Shown: one piece after another, positions 1 to 11,160 of the stretch
Layout: every line of letters starts with the position of its first letter
Position numbering within the stretch: position 1 is the stretch's first letter
From: Rickettsiales bacterium
GTDB taxonomy: Bacteria; Pseudomonadota; Alphaproteobacteria; Rickettsiales; RI-342
Length of the DNA stretch: 64,000 bases
NCBI GenBank assembly: GCA_044368015.1
Contig: JBIPLF010000002.1
Span: 25,625 to 89,624 of the forward strand
Direction of reading: 5' to 3'
Position numbers and translations under genes: made by a program
The notes under the pieces: model-generated
The model's input: only the letters and a program-made list of their open reading frames with translations
The model's database searches: none
What the model was told of the DNA's origin: nothing

Positions 1-481
1 CGTCAAACCCTGCTTTTTCCAGCAAGGCAGCAAGGGCATCGCCTACTACCGCGCCCCGCGCATGGCCAACATGCATCGGGCCGGTGGGGTTGGCGGAGAC
101 ATATTCCACATTCACGGATTGATGGTTGCCGATAGTGCTTTCGCCGTACGCCACGCCCAGCCGCAGCACTTCCGGTAGTAATTGCTGCCAGAAAGCAGGG
201 GCAAAACGGAAATTGATAAAACCGGGACCGTCGATGCTGGCCTGTTCCATCTGTGGTAATTCCAGCACAGCGAGCAGCTTTTCCGCGAGCAATCGCGGCG
301 CCATGCCGGATGCTTTTCCCAGCACCATGGCGGCGTTGGTGGCCATCTGTCCGTGGGAGGAGTCACGCGGAAGCTCCACCGTCACCGCCTGAAGCGGGGC
401 GTTTCCGGGCACGATGCCTTGTGTTTGCAACGTGGCAACGGCCTTGAGAATATGCGATTCTACGGTTTCAAATAGGTTCAT
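1..481 (-). CDS. argS: arginine--tRNA ligase, N-terminal part (runs off the left edge)
   Basis: My own minus-strand translation from the ATG (complement of 479-481) gives [19 protein letters not shown]...[27 protein letters not shown]. The [12 protein letters not shown] class-I HIGH-region signature is typical of ArgRS. It is absent from the ORF track because it is open at the window edge. Confidence 0.85.
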   Translation of the reverse strand, partial: MNLFETVESHILKAVATLQTQGIVPGNAPLQAVTVELPRDSSHGQMATNAAMVLGKASGMAPRLLAEKLLAVLELPQMEQASIDGPGFINFRFAPAFWQQLLPEVLRLGVAYGESTIGNHQSVNVEYVSANPTGPMHVGHARGAVVGDALAALLEKAGFD

Positions 482-611
482 GGTGACTTACTTAACGTGT
501 TCACACGGCGCGCGCAACCATGCAACACATGCGGGGAGATGGGAGCAAGGTAAAGCGCTTCCTGCGATAAAGCGCTTCTCAATTGCATGATTCGCCGTTA
601 CAAGGTGGCCC

Positions 612-1001
612 ATGCAACGCGCTAACCGTCCTCTTTCGCCGCATCTGTCGATTTATCGGCCGCAGATCACGTCTTTTACGTCGATCATGCATCGTGCTAC
701 GGGGTTCTTCCTCGCGCTGGGCTGTTTGCTGCTGGTGTCCTGGCTGTGGGCGGCGGCTTATAACCATACCTGCTATGGCGGGATTGTTCGCGTGGCCACC
801 AGTTGGTACGGCCAATTGGTGTTGATCGGCTGGAGCTGGGCGTTCTTTTACCATCTGCTGAACGGGATTCGTCACCTCTTCTGGGATATCGGCAAGGGGT
901 TTGAAATCAAAACCGCTGAAAGATCGGGATGGCTGGCGGTGATTTCGTCGGTCGTGGTGACCGCTATCCTTTGGGGATACGTATGGGGGGTAGGATTATG
1001 A
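612..1001 (+). CDS. sdhC: succinate dehydrogenase cytochrome b556 subunit
   Basis: 129 aa. The N-terminus RPLSPHLSIYRPQITSFTSIMHRATG is the SdhC signature. It is a multi-pass hydrophobic protein directly upstream of sdhD-sdhA. Confidence 0.9.
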   Translation: MQRANRPLSPHLSIYRPQITSFTSIMHRATGFFLALGCLLLVSWLWAAAYNHTCYGGIVRVATSWYGQLVLIGWSWAFFYHLLNGIRHLFWDIGKGFEIKTAERSGWLAVISSVVVTAILWGYVWGVGL

Positions 1002-1408
1002 TGCCGCATGCCCATATTCGCCGCATGGGGTCTGCGCGTTCCGGTGTGGCCCATTGGTGGGCGCAGCGGGTGACGGCAATTGCCCTGATTCCGCTGAGTA
1101 TCTGGCTGCTTTCGGGTATTTTATGCCTGATGGGATCGGAGCGGGTGGCGCTGGTTGCCTGGCTGCATTCGCCCTTGCGGGCAGCGGCGCTGATCGCCCT
1201 GCTGATCGCCATTTTCTACCATGCCTATTTGGGGATTCAGGTGATTCTGGAAGATTATGTGCATCATGAAGGGCTGCGGCTGGCGCTCACCATTGGCGTG
1301 AAGTTTGTGTCGCTGGCCTGCGCGATTATTTGCATCCTCGCGGTGATTTCGCTGCATCTGGAGCCGCTGCCGGAGCTTTCGCCACTGACCATTACCGGAG
1401 TGGCGTAG
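998..1408 (+). CDS. sdhD: succinate dehydrogenase hydrophobic membrane anchor subunit
   Basis: The internal ATG at 998 overlaps the sdhC stop (ATGA). The product MMPHAHIRRMGSARSGVAHWWAQRVTAIALIPL is SdhD-like. It ends 1 nt before the sdhA start. Confidence 0.85.
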   Translation: MMPHAHIRRMGSARSGVAHWWAQRVTAIALIPLSIWLLSGILCLMGSERVALVAWLHSPLRAAALIALLIAIFYHAYLGIQVILEDYVHHEGLRLALTIGVKFVSLACAIICILAVISLHLEPLPELSPLTITGVA

Positions 1409-3202
1409 ATGACGACCGCTTATAAGATTGTCGATCACTTTGTGGATGTCGCCGTGGTGGGTGCCGGAGGGGCGGGCCTGCGTGCTACGCTCGGCATGGC
1501 AGCGGCGGGGCTTTCCACCGCCTGTATCACCAAGGTATTCCCCACGCGCAGCCACACGGTTGCGGCGCAGGGCGGGATTTCCGCCGCACTCGGCAATATG
1601 GGCGAGGATGACTGGCGCTGGCACATGTACGATACCGTGAAGGGATCGGACTGGCTGGGCGATCAGGATGCGATCGAATATATGTGCTCCAACGCCATGG
1701 ATGCGATTATCGAGCTGGAGCATTTCGGCGTGCCGTTTTCGCGCACGGCGGAGGGGAAAATCTACCAGCGTCCGTTCGGTGGCATGACCACCCAATATGG
1801 CGAGGGCAAGCCCGCGCAGCGTACCTGTGCGGCGGCGGACCGTACCGGCCACGCGATTCTCCACACGCTCTACACGCAGTGCCTAAAGCATAACGCGCAG
1901 TTTTTCATTGAGTATTTCGCGGTTGATCTCATCATGGCGGAGGATGGCTCCTGCCGTGGGGTGGTGGCGTGGAATCTGGAAGACGGCACCATGCACCGCT
2001 TCCACGCGCATCTGGTGGTGCTGGCCAGCGGCGGTTATGGACGCGCCTATTTCTCCTGCACCTCCGCGCATACCTGCACCGGCGATGGCAATGCGATGGT
2101 GCTGCGCGCAGGGTTGCCGCTTCAGGATATGGAGTTCGTGCAATTCCACCCCACCGGCATTTACGGCGCGGGCTGCCTGATCACCGAAGGCGTGCGTGGC
2201 GAGGGCGGGTATCTGGTCAATGCCGAGGGTGAGCGTTTCATGGAACGCTACGCGCCGAACGTGAAAGACCTCGCCTCCCGCGATGTGGTGAGCCGCGCCA
2301 TGACGGTGGAAGTGCGCGAGGGACGCGGTGTCGGCCAGCATAAAGACCATGTGTATTTGCATCTGGACCATCTGGACCCGAAAATCATTCATGAACGCCT
2401 TCCGGGCATTGCGGAAACGGCGCGGATTTTCGCCGGGGTGGATGTGACGAAGCAGCCAATCCCTGTGCAGCCGACCGTCCATTACAACATGGGGGGCGTG
2501 CCGACCAATTACCATGGCGAGGTGGTGACCCTCATGGATGGCAATCCGGACGCCGTGGTGCCGGGGTTGATGGCAATCGGCGAGGCCGCATGCGTTTCTG
2601 TGCATGGGGCGAACCGTCTGGGTTCCAATTCGCTGCTGGATCTGGTGGTGTTTGGCCGTGCGGCGGCGCTGCGGGCGAAGGAGATCGTGAAACCCGGCAC
2701 CGCGCACCGTCCGGTGACGCAGCATACGGGCGAGCAGGCGATTGCGCGATTCGATGCGCTCCGCCATAGCCGGGGCGAGGTGCAGACCTCGTTCCTGCGT
2801 GACCGGATGCAGCGCATCATGCAGGCCAATTGCGCCGTCTTCCGCGAGGAAGCCGTGCTGCGCGAAGGGATCGAGTTGATGGCAGGTGTGTTCGACCTGC
2901 TGCCGGGGCTAACGGTGAAGGATCGCGGCCTCATCTGGAACAGCGACCTGCTGGAAGCGCTGGAGCTGCAAAATCTGCTGCCGCAAGCGGTGGTCACCCT
3001 TCACAGCGCCTATAATCGCAAGGAAAGCCGCGGCGCCCATGCCCGCGAGGATTTCCCCGACCGCAACGACAAGGAATGGATGCAGCATTCCATCTCCTGG
3101 ATCGACGAGCGCGGCGGCGTGGCGATCGACTACCGCCCCGTGCATCTCTACACCCTCACCGACCGCGTGGCGGTGGTGCCGCCCAAAGCGCGGGTGTATT
3201 GA
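1409..3202 (+). CDS. sdhA: succinate dehydrogenase flavoprotein subunit
   Basis: 597 aa. It has the [14 protein letters not shown]-binding motif, the [10 protein letters not shown] covalent-FAD histidine region and the [18 protein letters not shown] motif. Confidence 0.97.
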   Translation: MTTAYKIVDHFVDVAVVGAGGAGLRATLGMAAAGLSTACITKVFPTRSHTVAAQGGISAALGNMGEDDWRWHMYDTVKGSDWLGDQDAIEYMCSNAMDAIIELEHFGVPFSRTAEGKIYQRPFGGMTTQYGEGKPAQRTCAAADRTGHAILHTLYTQCLKHNAQFFIEYFAVDLIMAEDGSCRGVVAWNLEDGTMHRFHAHLVVLASGGYGRAYFSCTSAHTCTGDGNAMVLRAGLPLQDMEFVQFHPTGIYGAGCLITEGVRGEGGYLVNAEGERFMERYAPNVKDLASRDVVSRAMTVEVREGRGVGQHKDHVYLHLDHLDPKIIHERLPGIAETARIFAGVDVTKQPIPVQPTVHYNMGGVPTNYHGEVVTLMDGNPDAVVPGLMAIGEAACVSVHGANRLGSNSLLDLVVFGRAAALRAKEIVKPGTAHRPVTQHTGEQAIARFDALRHSRGEVQTSFLRDRMQRIMQANCAVFREEAVLREGIELMAGVFDLLPGLTVKDRGLIWNSDLLEALELQNLLPQAVVTLHSAYNRKESRGAHAREDFPDRNDKEWMQHSISWIDERGGVAIDYRPVHLYTLTDRVAVVPPKARVY

Positions 3203-3267
3203 GTTCGATGCGATGATTCGTACAGTGTGTAAGATCGAGCTAGCGGAGGTAGGGTATTGCTAAACAG

Positions 3268-3930
3268 CTAACGCCCCCCAAAGATCGCGCTTCCTACCCT
3301 GATATGGGTGGATCCAAACCGCGCCGCCTGCTCGAAATCGTCGCTCATGCCCATACTGCAATGGGGTAGTTCCAACCGATCGGCCTGTGCGCGCAGCCAG
3401 GCAAAATGTGGTGCAGGGATGGCGTCAAGCGGGGGAATACACATCAATCCTTCCACCGGCAGCCCTAAATCCTCCCGGCACCAACGCACAAATTCGGCGG
3501 TGTCTTTCGGCGCAATACCGGATTTTTGCGGTTCCTCCCCGGTATTGACCTGCACAAAAAGCCGGGTGGTGCGTCGCCCCGGTATCTCCCACAAATCCGC
3601 CAGCTTTTGTGCCAGTTCTGGTCGGTCGAGGCTATGCATCACCTCTGCATGTTCCAGTGCCAGTTCCGCTTTGTTGCGTTGCAGGGGACCAATCAAATGC
3701 ATCTCGATATCCGGAAACATTTCCCGTAGCGGCGACCATTTTTCGGCCATTTCCTGCACCCGGTTTTCGCCAAATGCACGATGCCCTGTCTGCAACAGAG
3801 GGAGAACCGCCTCTGCAGGGAAGGTTTTACTCACGGCAATGAGCGTGGTAGAGGGAGCGGCGAGCGGCGCATCCTTCCGGCTTGCGGCGAGCCGGTGCTG
3901 TACCTGTGCATAGCGGGAAATCATGTCCAT
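3268..3930 (-). CDS. yggS: YggS-family pyridoxal-phosphate homeostasis protein
   Basis: LIAVSKTFPAEAV (PLP lysine) and GENRVQE motifs are present. The ORF track extends to 4035, but I took the internal start MDMISRYAQV for a family-typical length of about 220 aa. Confidence 0.85.
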   Translation of the reverse strand: MDMISRYAQVQHRLAASRKDAPLAAPSTTLIAVSKTFPAEAVLPLLQTGHRAFGENRVQEMAEKWSPLREMFPDIEMHLIGPLQRNKAELALEHAEVMHSLDRPELAQKLADLWEIPGRRTTRLFVQVNTGEEPQKSGIAPKDTAEFVRWCREDLGLPVEGLMCIPPLDAIPAPHFAWLRAQADRLELPHCSMGMSDDFEQAARFGSTHIRVGSAIFGGR

Positions 3931-3997
3931 TTCGTCACTGACTCTCATGCGCTGTGTGGCCTGTAAGGGGCGGAGGGCTGTCCCACGCGTCGTGTGT

Positions 3998-4525
3998 ATG
4001 ACGGATCGCCGGGTGCTGCGCAACCCCGCACGCACTGTTGCCTGTTTGCCACGGGGGGCGCTGGTGATCCTGCGCGATTACGACCATCCGCAGCGCGAAT
4101 CCTATGCGCGCCTGTGGCGGAAGGAAACCCGCAAGCGTTGCGTGCTGTTGCTGGTCGCTGGTGATCCGGCATTGGCGCGTCGCGTGCAGGCTGATGGGGT
4201 GCATGTGCCGGAATATCAACTGGCAAAACTGAAACACTGGAAAACCTTGAATCCGCGTTGGTTTTTCTCGGCTTCTGCCCATTCGCTGCCCGCTTTGTTG
4301 CGTGCGCGTTATGCCGATGCTGTGCTCATTTCGCCCGTCTTCCCCACCGATTCGCACCCCAATGCAGGGGCGCTTGGCGTTATTCGCTTCCGTCATCTGG
4401 TCAGGCGGTCTAGCATTTCGGTGTGGGCGCTCGGGGGAATCTCGGCGCGTACGCTTCCCCGGTTACAGGGGGCAGGCATTGCCGGAATCGCTGGAATTCG
4501 GCTCTTTGATGCCACAGCCCTGTGA
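3998..4525 (+). CDS. thiamine-phosphate synthase family (ThiE/TenI-like) protein
   Basis: The TMP-TENI-like pattern is present: LLLVAGDPALARRVQADGVHV...SASAHS...ADAVLISPVFPT...VWALGGI. The start is uncertain, since the ORF is open from 3923. Confidence 0.65.
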   Translation: MTDRRVLRNPARTVACLPRGALVILRDYDHPQRESYARLWRKETRKRCVLLLVAGDPALARRVQADGVHVPEYQLAKLKHWKTLNPRWFFSASAHSLPALLRARYADAVLISPVFPTDSHPNAGALGVIRFRHLVRRSSISVWALGGISARTLPRLQGAGIAGIAGIRLFDATAL

Positions 4526-4698
4526 CTGTAAAACAACAGGCTTTTCCTTTGCTCTCCCTTTTTTGGGGAGAAAAAAATCGAAAGCGGTTGCGTTTCAGGG
4601 GGGGATATGTGTATCAACGGGGTGAAAGTTGCGTTCTATCTCTGCCGTTTGAGTGGGAAGGCGCGAATTTTCCGTAACCATAACTTAGGATGTAGATC

Positions 4699-5775
4699 AT
4701 GAAAAAACTCCTACTAGGCACGACGGCGCTGATCGGTGCTGCCGCTTTGTTCGGCGCCGATGCGTTCGCAGCCGCTCCCAAAGTCACTTTGGGCGGTTTC
4801 GTGGATTTCCAAGCAGGTGTCGTGGATGAAGACCTCGATGCCGGCAAAAGCGATTTCGACGCGCAAAACGATTCCGAACTGAAAGTGTCTGTGGACGGCA
4901 CTTCCGATCATGGCCTCGGCTACGGTGCCGTGGTTGAGCTGGAAGCCGATGTCGGACTCGATGCCGACGGTGAAGGCCTGAACGCCGATAAAACCTACCT
5001 GTACATGCAAGGCAACTGGGGTCGTACCGAAATGGGTGCGAACTGGGGTGTCGCAAAAACCATGAAAGTGGATGCTTCGACCTTCGCACGTGCCACGGGT
5101 GGCGTTGATGGTGACTGGTATGATTTCGTCACCGTTCCGGCTGCTGGTTTTGTTCAAACGCCAGACCTGCTTCTGGATATGACCGGTGCCACCGAAGATG
5201 CCACCAAAATCACCTATTACACCCCCCGCTTCTCCGGGATCCAACTGGGTGCCAGCTATATCCCCGATACGGGTGATACCGGCCAAGCTCCGTTCTCCGG
5301 TGACGTGAATCTGGGTGATGCCGAAAACGTGTTTGTGCTCGGTGCCAACTACCAAGGTCAGTGGAACAACTGGGGCGTGGCTCTCTCCGCGACCGGTGAA
5401 TTCGGTGAGTCCGAAAGCGCCGCTCTGGAAGACCTCTCCACCTATGCTCTCGGTGGTAGCGTGAATGTGGCCGGTTTCACCGTGGGCGGCTCCTGGGCCG
5501 ATCTGGGTGATAGCCTCAACGCCGCTAACACCGAAAGCGAGTTCTGGACTGCCGGTGCCACCTATGCGATGGGACCGTTCGGTGTGGGTCTGAGCTATCT
5601 GGATAGCGAATCCGGCACCTCCGAGTTCAACAATGTGGTGCTCGGTGCCGATTACCAACTGGCTGCCGGTCTCGTACCGTATGTCGAAGTGCATTTCTTC
5701 GAATACGATGCTGCCGGTGCCGCTCTCGACAATGACGGCACTGCCGTTCTGCTGGGAAGCCAACTGACCTTCTAG
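4699..5775 (+). CDS. outer-membrane porin
   Basis: Signal peptide MKKLLLGTTALIGAAALFGADAFA. The protein is Gly/Asp/Thr-rich with alternating beta-strand character and a C-terminal ...GSQLTF. An AGGA sits upstream of the ATG. Confidence 0.8.
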   Translation: MKKLLLGTTALIGAAALFGADAFAAAPKVTLGGFVDFQAGVVDEDLDAGKSDFDAQNDSELKVSVDGTSDHGLGYGAVVELEADVGLDADGEGLNADKTYLYMQGNWGRTEMGANWGVAKTMKVDASTFARATGGVDGDWYDFVTVPAAGFVQTPDLLLDMTGATEDATKITYYTPRFSGIQLGASYIPDTGDTGQAPFSGDVNLGDAENVFVLGANYQGQWNNWGVALSATGEFGESESAALEDLSTYALGGSVNVAGFTVGGSWADLGDSLNAANTESEFWTAGATYAMGPFGVGLSYLDSESGTSEFNNVVLGADYQLAAGLVPYVEVHFFEYDAAGAALDNDGTAVLLGSQLTF

Positions 5776-5798
5776 TTTGAAGGGATGTAGCAAAGAAG

Positions 5799-5829
5799 GG
5801 GCGTCGCGGTTGCGGCGCCCTTTTCTTTT
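5799..5829 (+). terminator. rho-independent terminator after the porin gene
   Basis: Stem gggcgtcgc / gcggcgccc (one G-U pair), loop ggtt, followed by ttttctttt. Confidence 0.65.
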
Positions 5830-6055
5830 GGGGTTGCAGGAAAGGGATTGTGCTGTTAGCAGTACCTTCGGTTTAACCGAAACAGGAGTTGTGTTATGTT
5901 CACCGTGTTGTTACAGGAGGTGTTTGGGTTCACCTTGCGTCCGGTGTGTCCTGGAGCGAACGCCCATTAGGGTAAATGTCGGGTGGGGTGGCGGTCGGTG
6001 TGCCGCCACGCATAAAAGACTGGTCTTTCCAGACGCTTCCATGGCATAAAACCCT

Positions 6056-7927
6056 ATGCCGCTTTCCAATCAGAACCGTAAGCGCATTGCGGTCCTTCAC
6101 GATACCGTGATGGCGCCGCTGGCCCTCATCGTGGCGCTGATGCTGCGATTAGGGGAGGCGTTTCATCCCCTCACCGCTTCCTATCTGCCGCTGGCGGTGT
6201 GGTTGTTTACGGTCTGCGCGCTCACCGCCTTTATCCGGATGCGTTTGTATCGCAGCATGTGGCGTTTCGCCTCGGCGGAGGATTTGCTGGCGATCACCAA
6301 AGCCGCGTCGCTGACGCTCGCAATCTTCGTGCCGCTGCTGTTCCTCCTCACCCGGCTCGAAGGGTTTCCGCGCTCGGCGATTGCGATTGCCTGGCTGCTG
6401 TTGATTCTCTTCCTCTCGGTGCCGCGCCTGCTCTATCGCTGGTGGCGCGATGGTGGCATTACTCGCTGGGCGGGGGAGTTTCATGATCGCCGCGTGCCGG
6501 TGTTGCTGGTGGGAGCCACGACGGAAGCCGAGATGTTTATCCGCGAAACGGCGCGCCGTGGCCGTAGCCACTACAAGGTGGTGGCGATTCTGGACGATGC
6601 GCCGGACCGCATTGGCCGCAGCCTGCACGGCGTGCCGGTCTATGGCCCCTTTACCCTGTTCGATACGGTGATGGCCAAGCTCGCCCGCAAGGGGTTGACG
6701 CCGCACAAGCTGGTGCTGGCCGATCTCTCCCTCACGGGGGAGGCGTTGCGCACCATGGTGGCGCATAGCGAGGCGCATGGGCTTTCGATTGGCCGTCTGC
6801 CGCGTCTGGAGGCGTTGCAGGAACAGTCCGAGCGCATTCCGCTACAGCCAATTCCGGTGGAGGATCTACTGGGGCGTCCGCAACGGATTTACCAACCGGA
6901 GAAGCTGGCCGCCTTCACCGCCGGGAAGCGGGTGCTGGTCACCGGTGCGGGCGGCAGTATCGGTAGCGAACTATGCCGCCAGATTGCAGGGTTTGCACCT
7001 GCGGAACTGGTATTGTTTGAGCTTTCGGAATACCATCTCTATCGCATCGATCAGGAAATGGCGGAGCGTTTCCCTCACCTCCCCCGCCGCGCCGTGCTGG
7101 GGGATGTGCGTGACGCCGCCTGTGTGCGGACTGCGTGCGATGCCGCGCATCCGCATATCATGTTCCATGCGGCGGCGATCAAGCATGTACCGCTGGCGGA
7201 GGAAAACCCGCTGGCAGCTATCAGCACCAATGTGCTGGGGACGCATCATGTCGCGCAGGCGGCGATCGCCTCCGGTGCGGAAGCCATGGTGCTGATTTCT
7301 ACCGACAAAGCCGTGCACCCCACCAATGTGATGGGCGCCACCAAGCGTGCCGCCGAACGGGTGGTGCAGCAGGCGGGGCTTTCCGGTTCGGCAACGCGCT
7401 TTCTCACCGTGCGGTTTGGCAATGTACTGGGGTCTACGGGGTCGGTGGTGCCGCTTTTTACCCGGCAGATTGCGGAAGGCGGGCCGGTGACCATCACCGA
7501 TCCGCAGATGACGCGTTATTTCATGACCATCCGAGAAGCGGTGACGCTGGTGCTCCATGCCGCCATGCTGGGGAGTGCCGAAAAGGAGAGCAGTGGTGCG
7601 CTGTTTGTGCTTGATATGGGCGCTCCGGTGCGGATAGAAGACCTGGCGCGTCAGATGATTCGTCTGGCGGGTTTGCAGCCGGAAACGGATATTGCGCTTT
7701 CCTATGTGGGGATGCGTCCCGGCGAAAAGCTGGAAGAGGAGCTATTCTACACCGAAGAAGCGCCCTCCCCGACCCTCCAGCCGGGAATTCTGCTCGCCAG
7801 CCAGCCACAGGTCGCGGCCAAAAACTGGGAAAAAGAGATCGAAGGACTCCGTAAGCTATGTCAGCAATCACGCCCGCACGAGGCCTTGCAATGGTTGAAG
7901 AAACACACACCGGAATATCGGACGTGA
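6056..7927 (+). CDS. membrane-anchored polysaccharide biosynthesis protein, CapD/PglF/WbpM-type NDP-sugar 4,6-dehydratase
   Basis: 623 aa. It has N-terminal transmembrane segments, then [18 protein letters not shown] (Rossmann fold) and [17 protein letters not shown] (SDR catalytic region). Confidence 0.85.
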   Translation: MPLSNQNRKRIAVLHDTVMAPLALIVALMLRLGEAFHPLTASYLPLAVWLFTVCALTAFIRMRLYRSMWRFASAEDLLAITKAASLTLAIFVPLLFLLTRLEGFPRSAIAIAWLLLILFLSVPRLLYRWWRDGGITRWAGEFHDRRVPVLLVGATTEAEMFIRETARRGRSHYKVVAILDDAPDRIGRSLHGVPVYGPFTLFDTVMAKLARKGLTPHKLVLADLSLTGEALRTMVAHSEAHGLSIGRLPRLEALQEQSERIPLQPIPVEDLLGRPQRIYQPEKLAAFTAGKRVLVTGAGGSIGSELCRQIAGFAPAELVLFELSEYHLYRIDQEMAERFPHLPRRAVLGDVRDAACVRTACDAAHPHIMFHAAAIKHVPLAEENPLAAISTNVLGTHHVAQAAIASGAEAMVLISTDKAVHPTNVMGATKRAAERVVQQAGLSGSATRFLTVRFGNVLGSTGSVVPLFTRQIAEGGPVTITDPQMTRYFMTIREAVTLVLHAAMLGSAEKESSGALFVLDMGAPVRIEDLARQMIRLAGLQPETDIALSYVGMRPGEKLEEELFYTEEAPSPTLQPGILLASQPQVAAKNWEKEIEGLRKLCQQSRPHEALQWLKKHTPEYRT

Positions 7928-9492
7928 TTCCGGTCCGTTTAGCGTTGCTCTCGGTATCCGATAAAACCGGCCTCACGGCGTTTGCGCGGGCGCTTTCCGG
8001 GGCAGGCGTGGCGTTGCTTTCCTCCGGCGGCACGGCCGCAGCGCTCAGCGCCGAGGGGCTGGCGGTGACGGATGTCTCCACCCATACCGGTGCACCCGAA
8101 ATGCTGGATGGTAGAGTGAAAACCCTGCATCCGCGTATTCATGGCGGCATTCTGGCGAAGCGCGACAATCCCGAACATCTGCACACGCTGGAGGCGCAGT
8201 CCATTCCGCCGATTGATCTGGTGGTGGTGAATCTCTACCCGTTTGAGGAAACTGTGGCGCGGGGAGCAAGCTTCGCCGAATGTGTGGAAAACATTGATAT
8301 TGGCGGCCCGGCGATGATCCGCGCTGCCGCCAAAAATCATAGCGGCGTGGTGGTGGTGGTGGATCCCGCCGATTACGCCCGCGTGGCAGAGGCGATTGCC
8401 TCGCAAGGCGGGGTTCCGGGGGCGCTTGCCCGCGAACTGGCGGCGAAAGCCTTTGCGCGCACGGCCAGTTACGACGCCGCGATTGCCCACTGGTTTACGG
8501 AATCGGAGCAGGATGGCTATCCGGAACATTTATCCGTTGCGGCCACCCTCAAACAACCCTTGCGGTATGGCGAAAATCCGCACCAGTCGGCGGCGCTGTA
8601 TGTGGCGTCCCCTGCCGTTCCCGGAGTGGCGACGGCCACGCAATTACAGGGCAAGGAGTTGAGCTACAACAACCTCAACGACACCAATGCCGCCTTTGAG
8701 CTGGTGAGCGAATTTGCAGAGCCTGCCGTGGTGCTGATCAAACACGCCAATCCGTGCGGGGTGGCGGTGGCGGCAACTCCGGTTGTAGCCTTCCGCAAGG
8801 CGCTCGTCTGCGATTCCGTGAGCGCCTATGGCGGGATTCTGGCGCTCAACCGCGTGTTGGACGAGGCGTTGGTGGCGGAAATCGGCTCGTTGTTTTTAGA
8901 GGTCATCATTGCGCCGGAAGTGACGGATGGGGCGCGGGATCTGCTGCAAAAGAAGCAGAATCTGCGGGTGATGGTCACGGGGGCGATGCCGGACCCGGCG
9001 CGGAAAAGCAGTCTCATCACCTCCATCGCGGGAGGGTTTCTGGTGCAGGACCGCGACGCAGGGCGGGTGCGCGAGGCCGATCTCCGCACCGTAACCAAAC
9101 GGGTTACGGATGCGGCGCAGCTCGCGGATCTGCTGTTTGCGTTCACCGTGTGCAAGCATGTGAAATCCAACGCGATTGTGCTTGCGGAAGGTGGCGCGAC
9201 GGTGGGCATCGGTGCAGGGCAGATGAGCCGCATCGACAGCACCCGCATTGCCGCATGGAAGCGGGCGGAGCGGGTTCAGGGGGCAGGATTCGGGATTCAG
9301 GATTCAGGGGGGCTGGTCCTCGCCTCCGACGCGTTCTTTCCTTTCCCCGATAATGTGGTGTCAGCGCGGGATGCAGGGGTGACGGCGATCATCCAGCCGG
9401 GTGGTTCCATCCGCGACGCCGAGGTGATTGCCGCCGCCGATGCAGCGGATATGGCGATGGTGTTTTGCGGGATGCGGCACTTCAGGCATTAG
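7924..9492 (+). CDS. purH: bifunctional AICAR transformylase / IMP cyclohydrolase
   Basis: [26 protein letters not shown] and a C-terminal ...GMRHFRH are present. I chose the GTG at 7924 (GTGA overlap with the upstream stop). The ORF is open from 7858, so the start is uncertain. Confidence 0.93.
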   Translation: MIPVRLALLSVSDKTGLTAFARALSGAGVALLSSGGTAAALSAEGLAVTDVSTHTGAPEMLDGRVKTLHPRIHGGILAKRDNPEHLHTLEAQSIPPIDLVVVNLYPFEETVARGASFAECVENIDIGGPAMIRAAAKNHSGVVVVVDPADYARVAEAIASQGGVPGALARELAAKAFARTASYDAAIAHWFTESEQDGYPEHLSVAATLKQPLRYGENPHQSAALYVASPAVPGVATATQLQGKELSYNNLNDTNAAFELVSEFAEPAVVLIKHANPCGVAVAATPVVAFRKALVCDSVSAYGGILALNRVLDEALVAEIGSLFLEVIIAPEVTDGARDLLQKKQNLRVMVTGAMPDPARKSSLITSIAGGFLVQDRDAGRVREADLRTVTKRVTDAAQLADLLFAFTVCKHVKSNAIVLAEGGATVGIGAGQMSRIDSTRIAAWKRAERVQGAGFGIQDSGGLVLASDAFFPFPDNVVSARDAGVTAIIQPGGSIRDAEVIAAADAADMAMVFCGMRHFRH

Positions 9493-9569
9493 ACCTCTTT
9501 CCAAACACTACTGCGGCGGGCGATTTCTTCGCACGCTTGCCTCAACGCAGCGTGTTTTGAAAAGGGTCT
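9491..9569. terminator. long imperfect hairpin between convergent purH and the prepilin-type gene
   Basis: Outer arms agacctctttccaaacac / gtgttttgaaaagggtct match at 15 of 18 positions. An inner ctgcg...cgcag pairing is also present. Confidence 0.4.
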
Positions 9570-9581
9570 ATTAAAATCGGG

Positions 9582-10280
9582 CTATAATATGAAAAACAGG
9601 CTGCACGCAACACCCGTATAGGCCATGTTATACACAGCGGTCGCCGCAGAATTGGTGGTGGCGCAATTGGGCGCGAAGGCGTGATTGGTGGCTTTGATCA
9701 GACCGGAAACCGCCAGTCCGTCATCCATTTTCTGATCGAGGAGGGAGGCTTCTTCAACGGTAAGAGTGGGAGAATGAGAGTAAGTCGCAGGGCCATCTCC
9801 CCCCAGCAACAACCCCATATCCCCATCCGCATAGAAGTAAAAAATGGAGCTGTTATAGGTAGTCATGGCCATATACCCGGCGGAGGTGATGGAGCTTTGG
9901 GGGATATTGGTACCGATGACGGAATCATAGGTGCTTCCCGGCCCGGTCACGCCGGTAAACGTACCTTTGATCAACCCTGCCAGTTGCAAATGCCGCCAGA
10001 AGGCAAAATCTTCTGCACAACAAGGAATCCGCCCATCACCATTCCCGTTCACCGCGCCGGTCCAGAAGGTGGTGGCGTTGGAGAGATCACCCGGCAGCGT
10101 GCCGTATTTATCCTGAAACGTGGCAACGGCGGCGCGGTAGGCTTCCACGTCTGCGCCGATACGGTTGACCTGCATGGAGCGAATCATGCTGCGCCCCACC
10201 ATCACCCCGCCGAGGATCAGCCCGATGATCACGAGCACAATGGAGAGTTCGACGAGGGTGAAGCCGGGAGAGGCCGTCAT
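9582..10280 (-). CDS. prepilin-type N-terminal cleavage/methylation domain protein (orphan pilin/pseudopilin-like)
   Basis: The internal start gives MTASPG|FTLVELSIVLVIIGLILGG, a class-III signal with Gly-Phe and Glu+5. The C-terminal region has an ...LLDQKMDDG... motif. The upstream extension in the ORF track is only a translated repeat element. Confidence 0.75.
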   Translation of the reverse strand: MTASPGFTLVELSIVLVIIGLILGGVMVGRSMIRSMQVNRIGADVEAYRAAVATFQDKYGTLPGDLSNATTFWTGAVNGNGDGRIPCCAEDFAFWRHLQLAGLIKGTFTGVTGPGSTYDSVIGTNIPQSSITSAGYMAMTTYNSSIFYFYADGDMGLLLGGDGPATYSHSPTLTVEEASLLDQKMDDGLAVSGLIKATNHAFAPNCATTNSAATAVYNMAYTGVACSLFFIL

Positions 10281-10360
10281 TGCGAGGAGGCGACGCCGAC
10301 GAAGCAATCCATTCTTCTTTTCGCTGGATTGCCGCGCTCCCTTCGGTCGCTTGCAATGAC
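10276..10360. repeat. palindromic repeat, family B copy 1 (GTCATTGCGAG...CTTGCAATGAC)
   Basis: The termini are inverted repeats and the interior has gaagcaatcc / ggattgc pairing. It is related to 26565-26713. It contains the start codon of the prepilin-type gene. Confidence 0.7.
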
Positions 10361-10370
10361 GGATCCCCCC

Positions 10371-10468
10371 GTCATCCTGAGTCAGCGGCGAAGGATCTCG
10401 CCCTTTACGAAACACAGATAGGCTGGAGCAAGCGGGGAGATCCTTCGGGGTCACCCCCTCAGGATGAC
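10371..10468. repeat. palindromic repeat, family A copy 1 (GTCATCCTGAG..GAAGGATCTC...GAGATCCTTCGGGG..CCTCAGGATGAC)
   Basis: Direct read. The two halves are inverted repeats around a variable core of about 35 bp. It lies 10 bp from B1. Confidence 0.8.
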
Positions 10469-10533
10469 GGTGCTCGCCGCTACGCCCTACGGCTGGAGAA
10501 ACATTGCATGATACCCGTTCCTGTCAATCGCGT

Positions 10534-11160
10534 TTAGAACCGTAATTTAATGCCCGCCTGCATGTTGTGGACGTCGTTATCGATTTTGCCCACCGTGTAG
10601 GAGAGATCAGAGGTACCGAAATAGCGGTAGCCGAGGCTCCATTCGGTCATGGGGATGGTTTCGGGGCGGTAGCCAAGCCCGGCCATCGCCTGATAGGCCA
10701 GTGCGTCGTCTTCCTGATTCACACCGAGGCTTTCCAGATCGACGCTGGCAACCCCCAGACCTGCACCGACATACGGCACAAACATGCCCAGTTTTTCAAA
10801 GTCGTAATAGAGATTGGCCATATAGGCGGTGGAGTTCATCTCGCCCGTGCCTGCTGCGGCGACGCCACCGGTGGAGACGCTATCCACCGCGTTGGTGTAG
10901 TAGCCGATTTCCCCTTCCAGACGCAGGCCGCCAAGCACCGGGCTGGTAAAGGGTGGCAGGTAACCCAGCGCCATGCTGGCACCGTAACCGCTGTCGAACG
11001 CGACATCGGAGGAGGGCGTGCCGCTCACTTCTGCGTCGTTGCGCATGTTGAAGCCGCTGGAAAGCCCGACATACCAGCGAGGCCAGCGTTCTTCCGAGGC
11101 CTGCGCAAAAGAGCCGAGAAGGGCAGTGGATGCACAGACAGCCAACAAAACACGACGCAT
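10534..11160 (-). CDS. small outer-membrane beta-barrel protein (OmpA-like barrel / OMP_b-brl type)
   Basis: Signal peptide MRRVLLAVCASTALLGSFAQA, Gly/Tyr-rich alternating strands and C-terminal ...GIKLRF. Confidence 0.7.
   Translation of the reverse strand: MRRVLLAVCASTALLGSFAQASEERWPRWYVGLSSGFNMRNDAEVSGTPSSDVAFDSGYGASMALGYLPPFTSPVLGGLRLEGEIGYYTNAVDSVSTGGVAAAGTGEMNSTAYMANLYYDFEKLGMFVPYVGAGLGVASVDLESLGVNQEDDALAYQAMAGLGYRPETIPMTEWSLGYRYFGTSDLSYTVGKIDNDVHNMQAGIKLRF

Noticed and set aside
3203-3267. sdhB is absent after sdhCDA, which would be a break in the usual sdhCDAB operon.
   Set aside because: sdhB is encoded separately in a number of alphaproteobacterial lineages. With only this window, the absence says nothing beyond local synteny.
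4526-4698. A hairpin tctccc-ttttttg-gggaga followed by an A-run after the ThiE-like gene, as a possible terminator.
   Set aside because: The stem is only 6 bp. The T-run is in the loop and an A-run follows it, so it does not fit an intrinsic terminator for the plus-strand gene. No converging minus-strand gene would use it.
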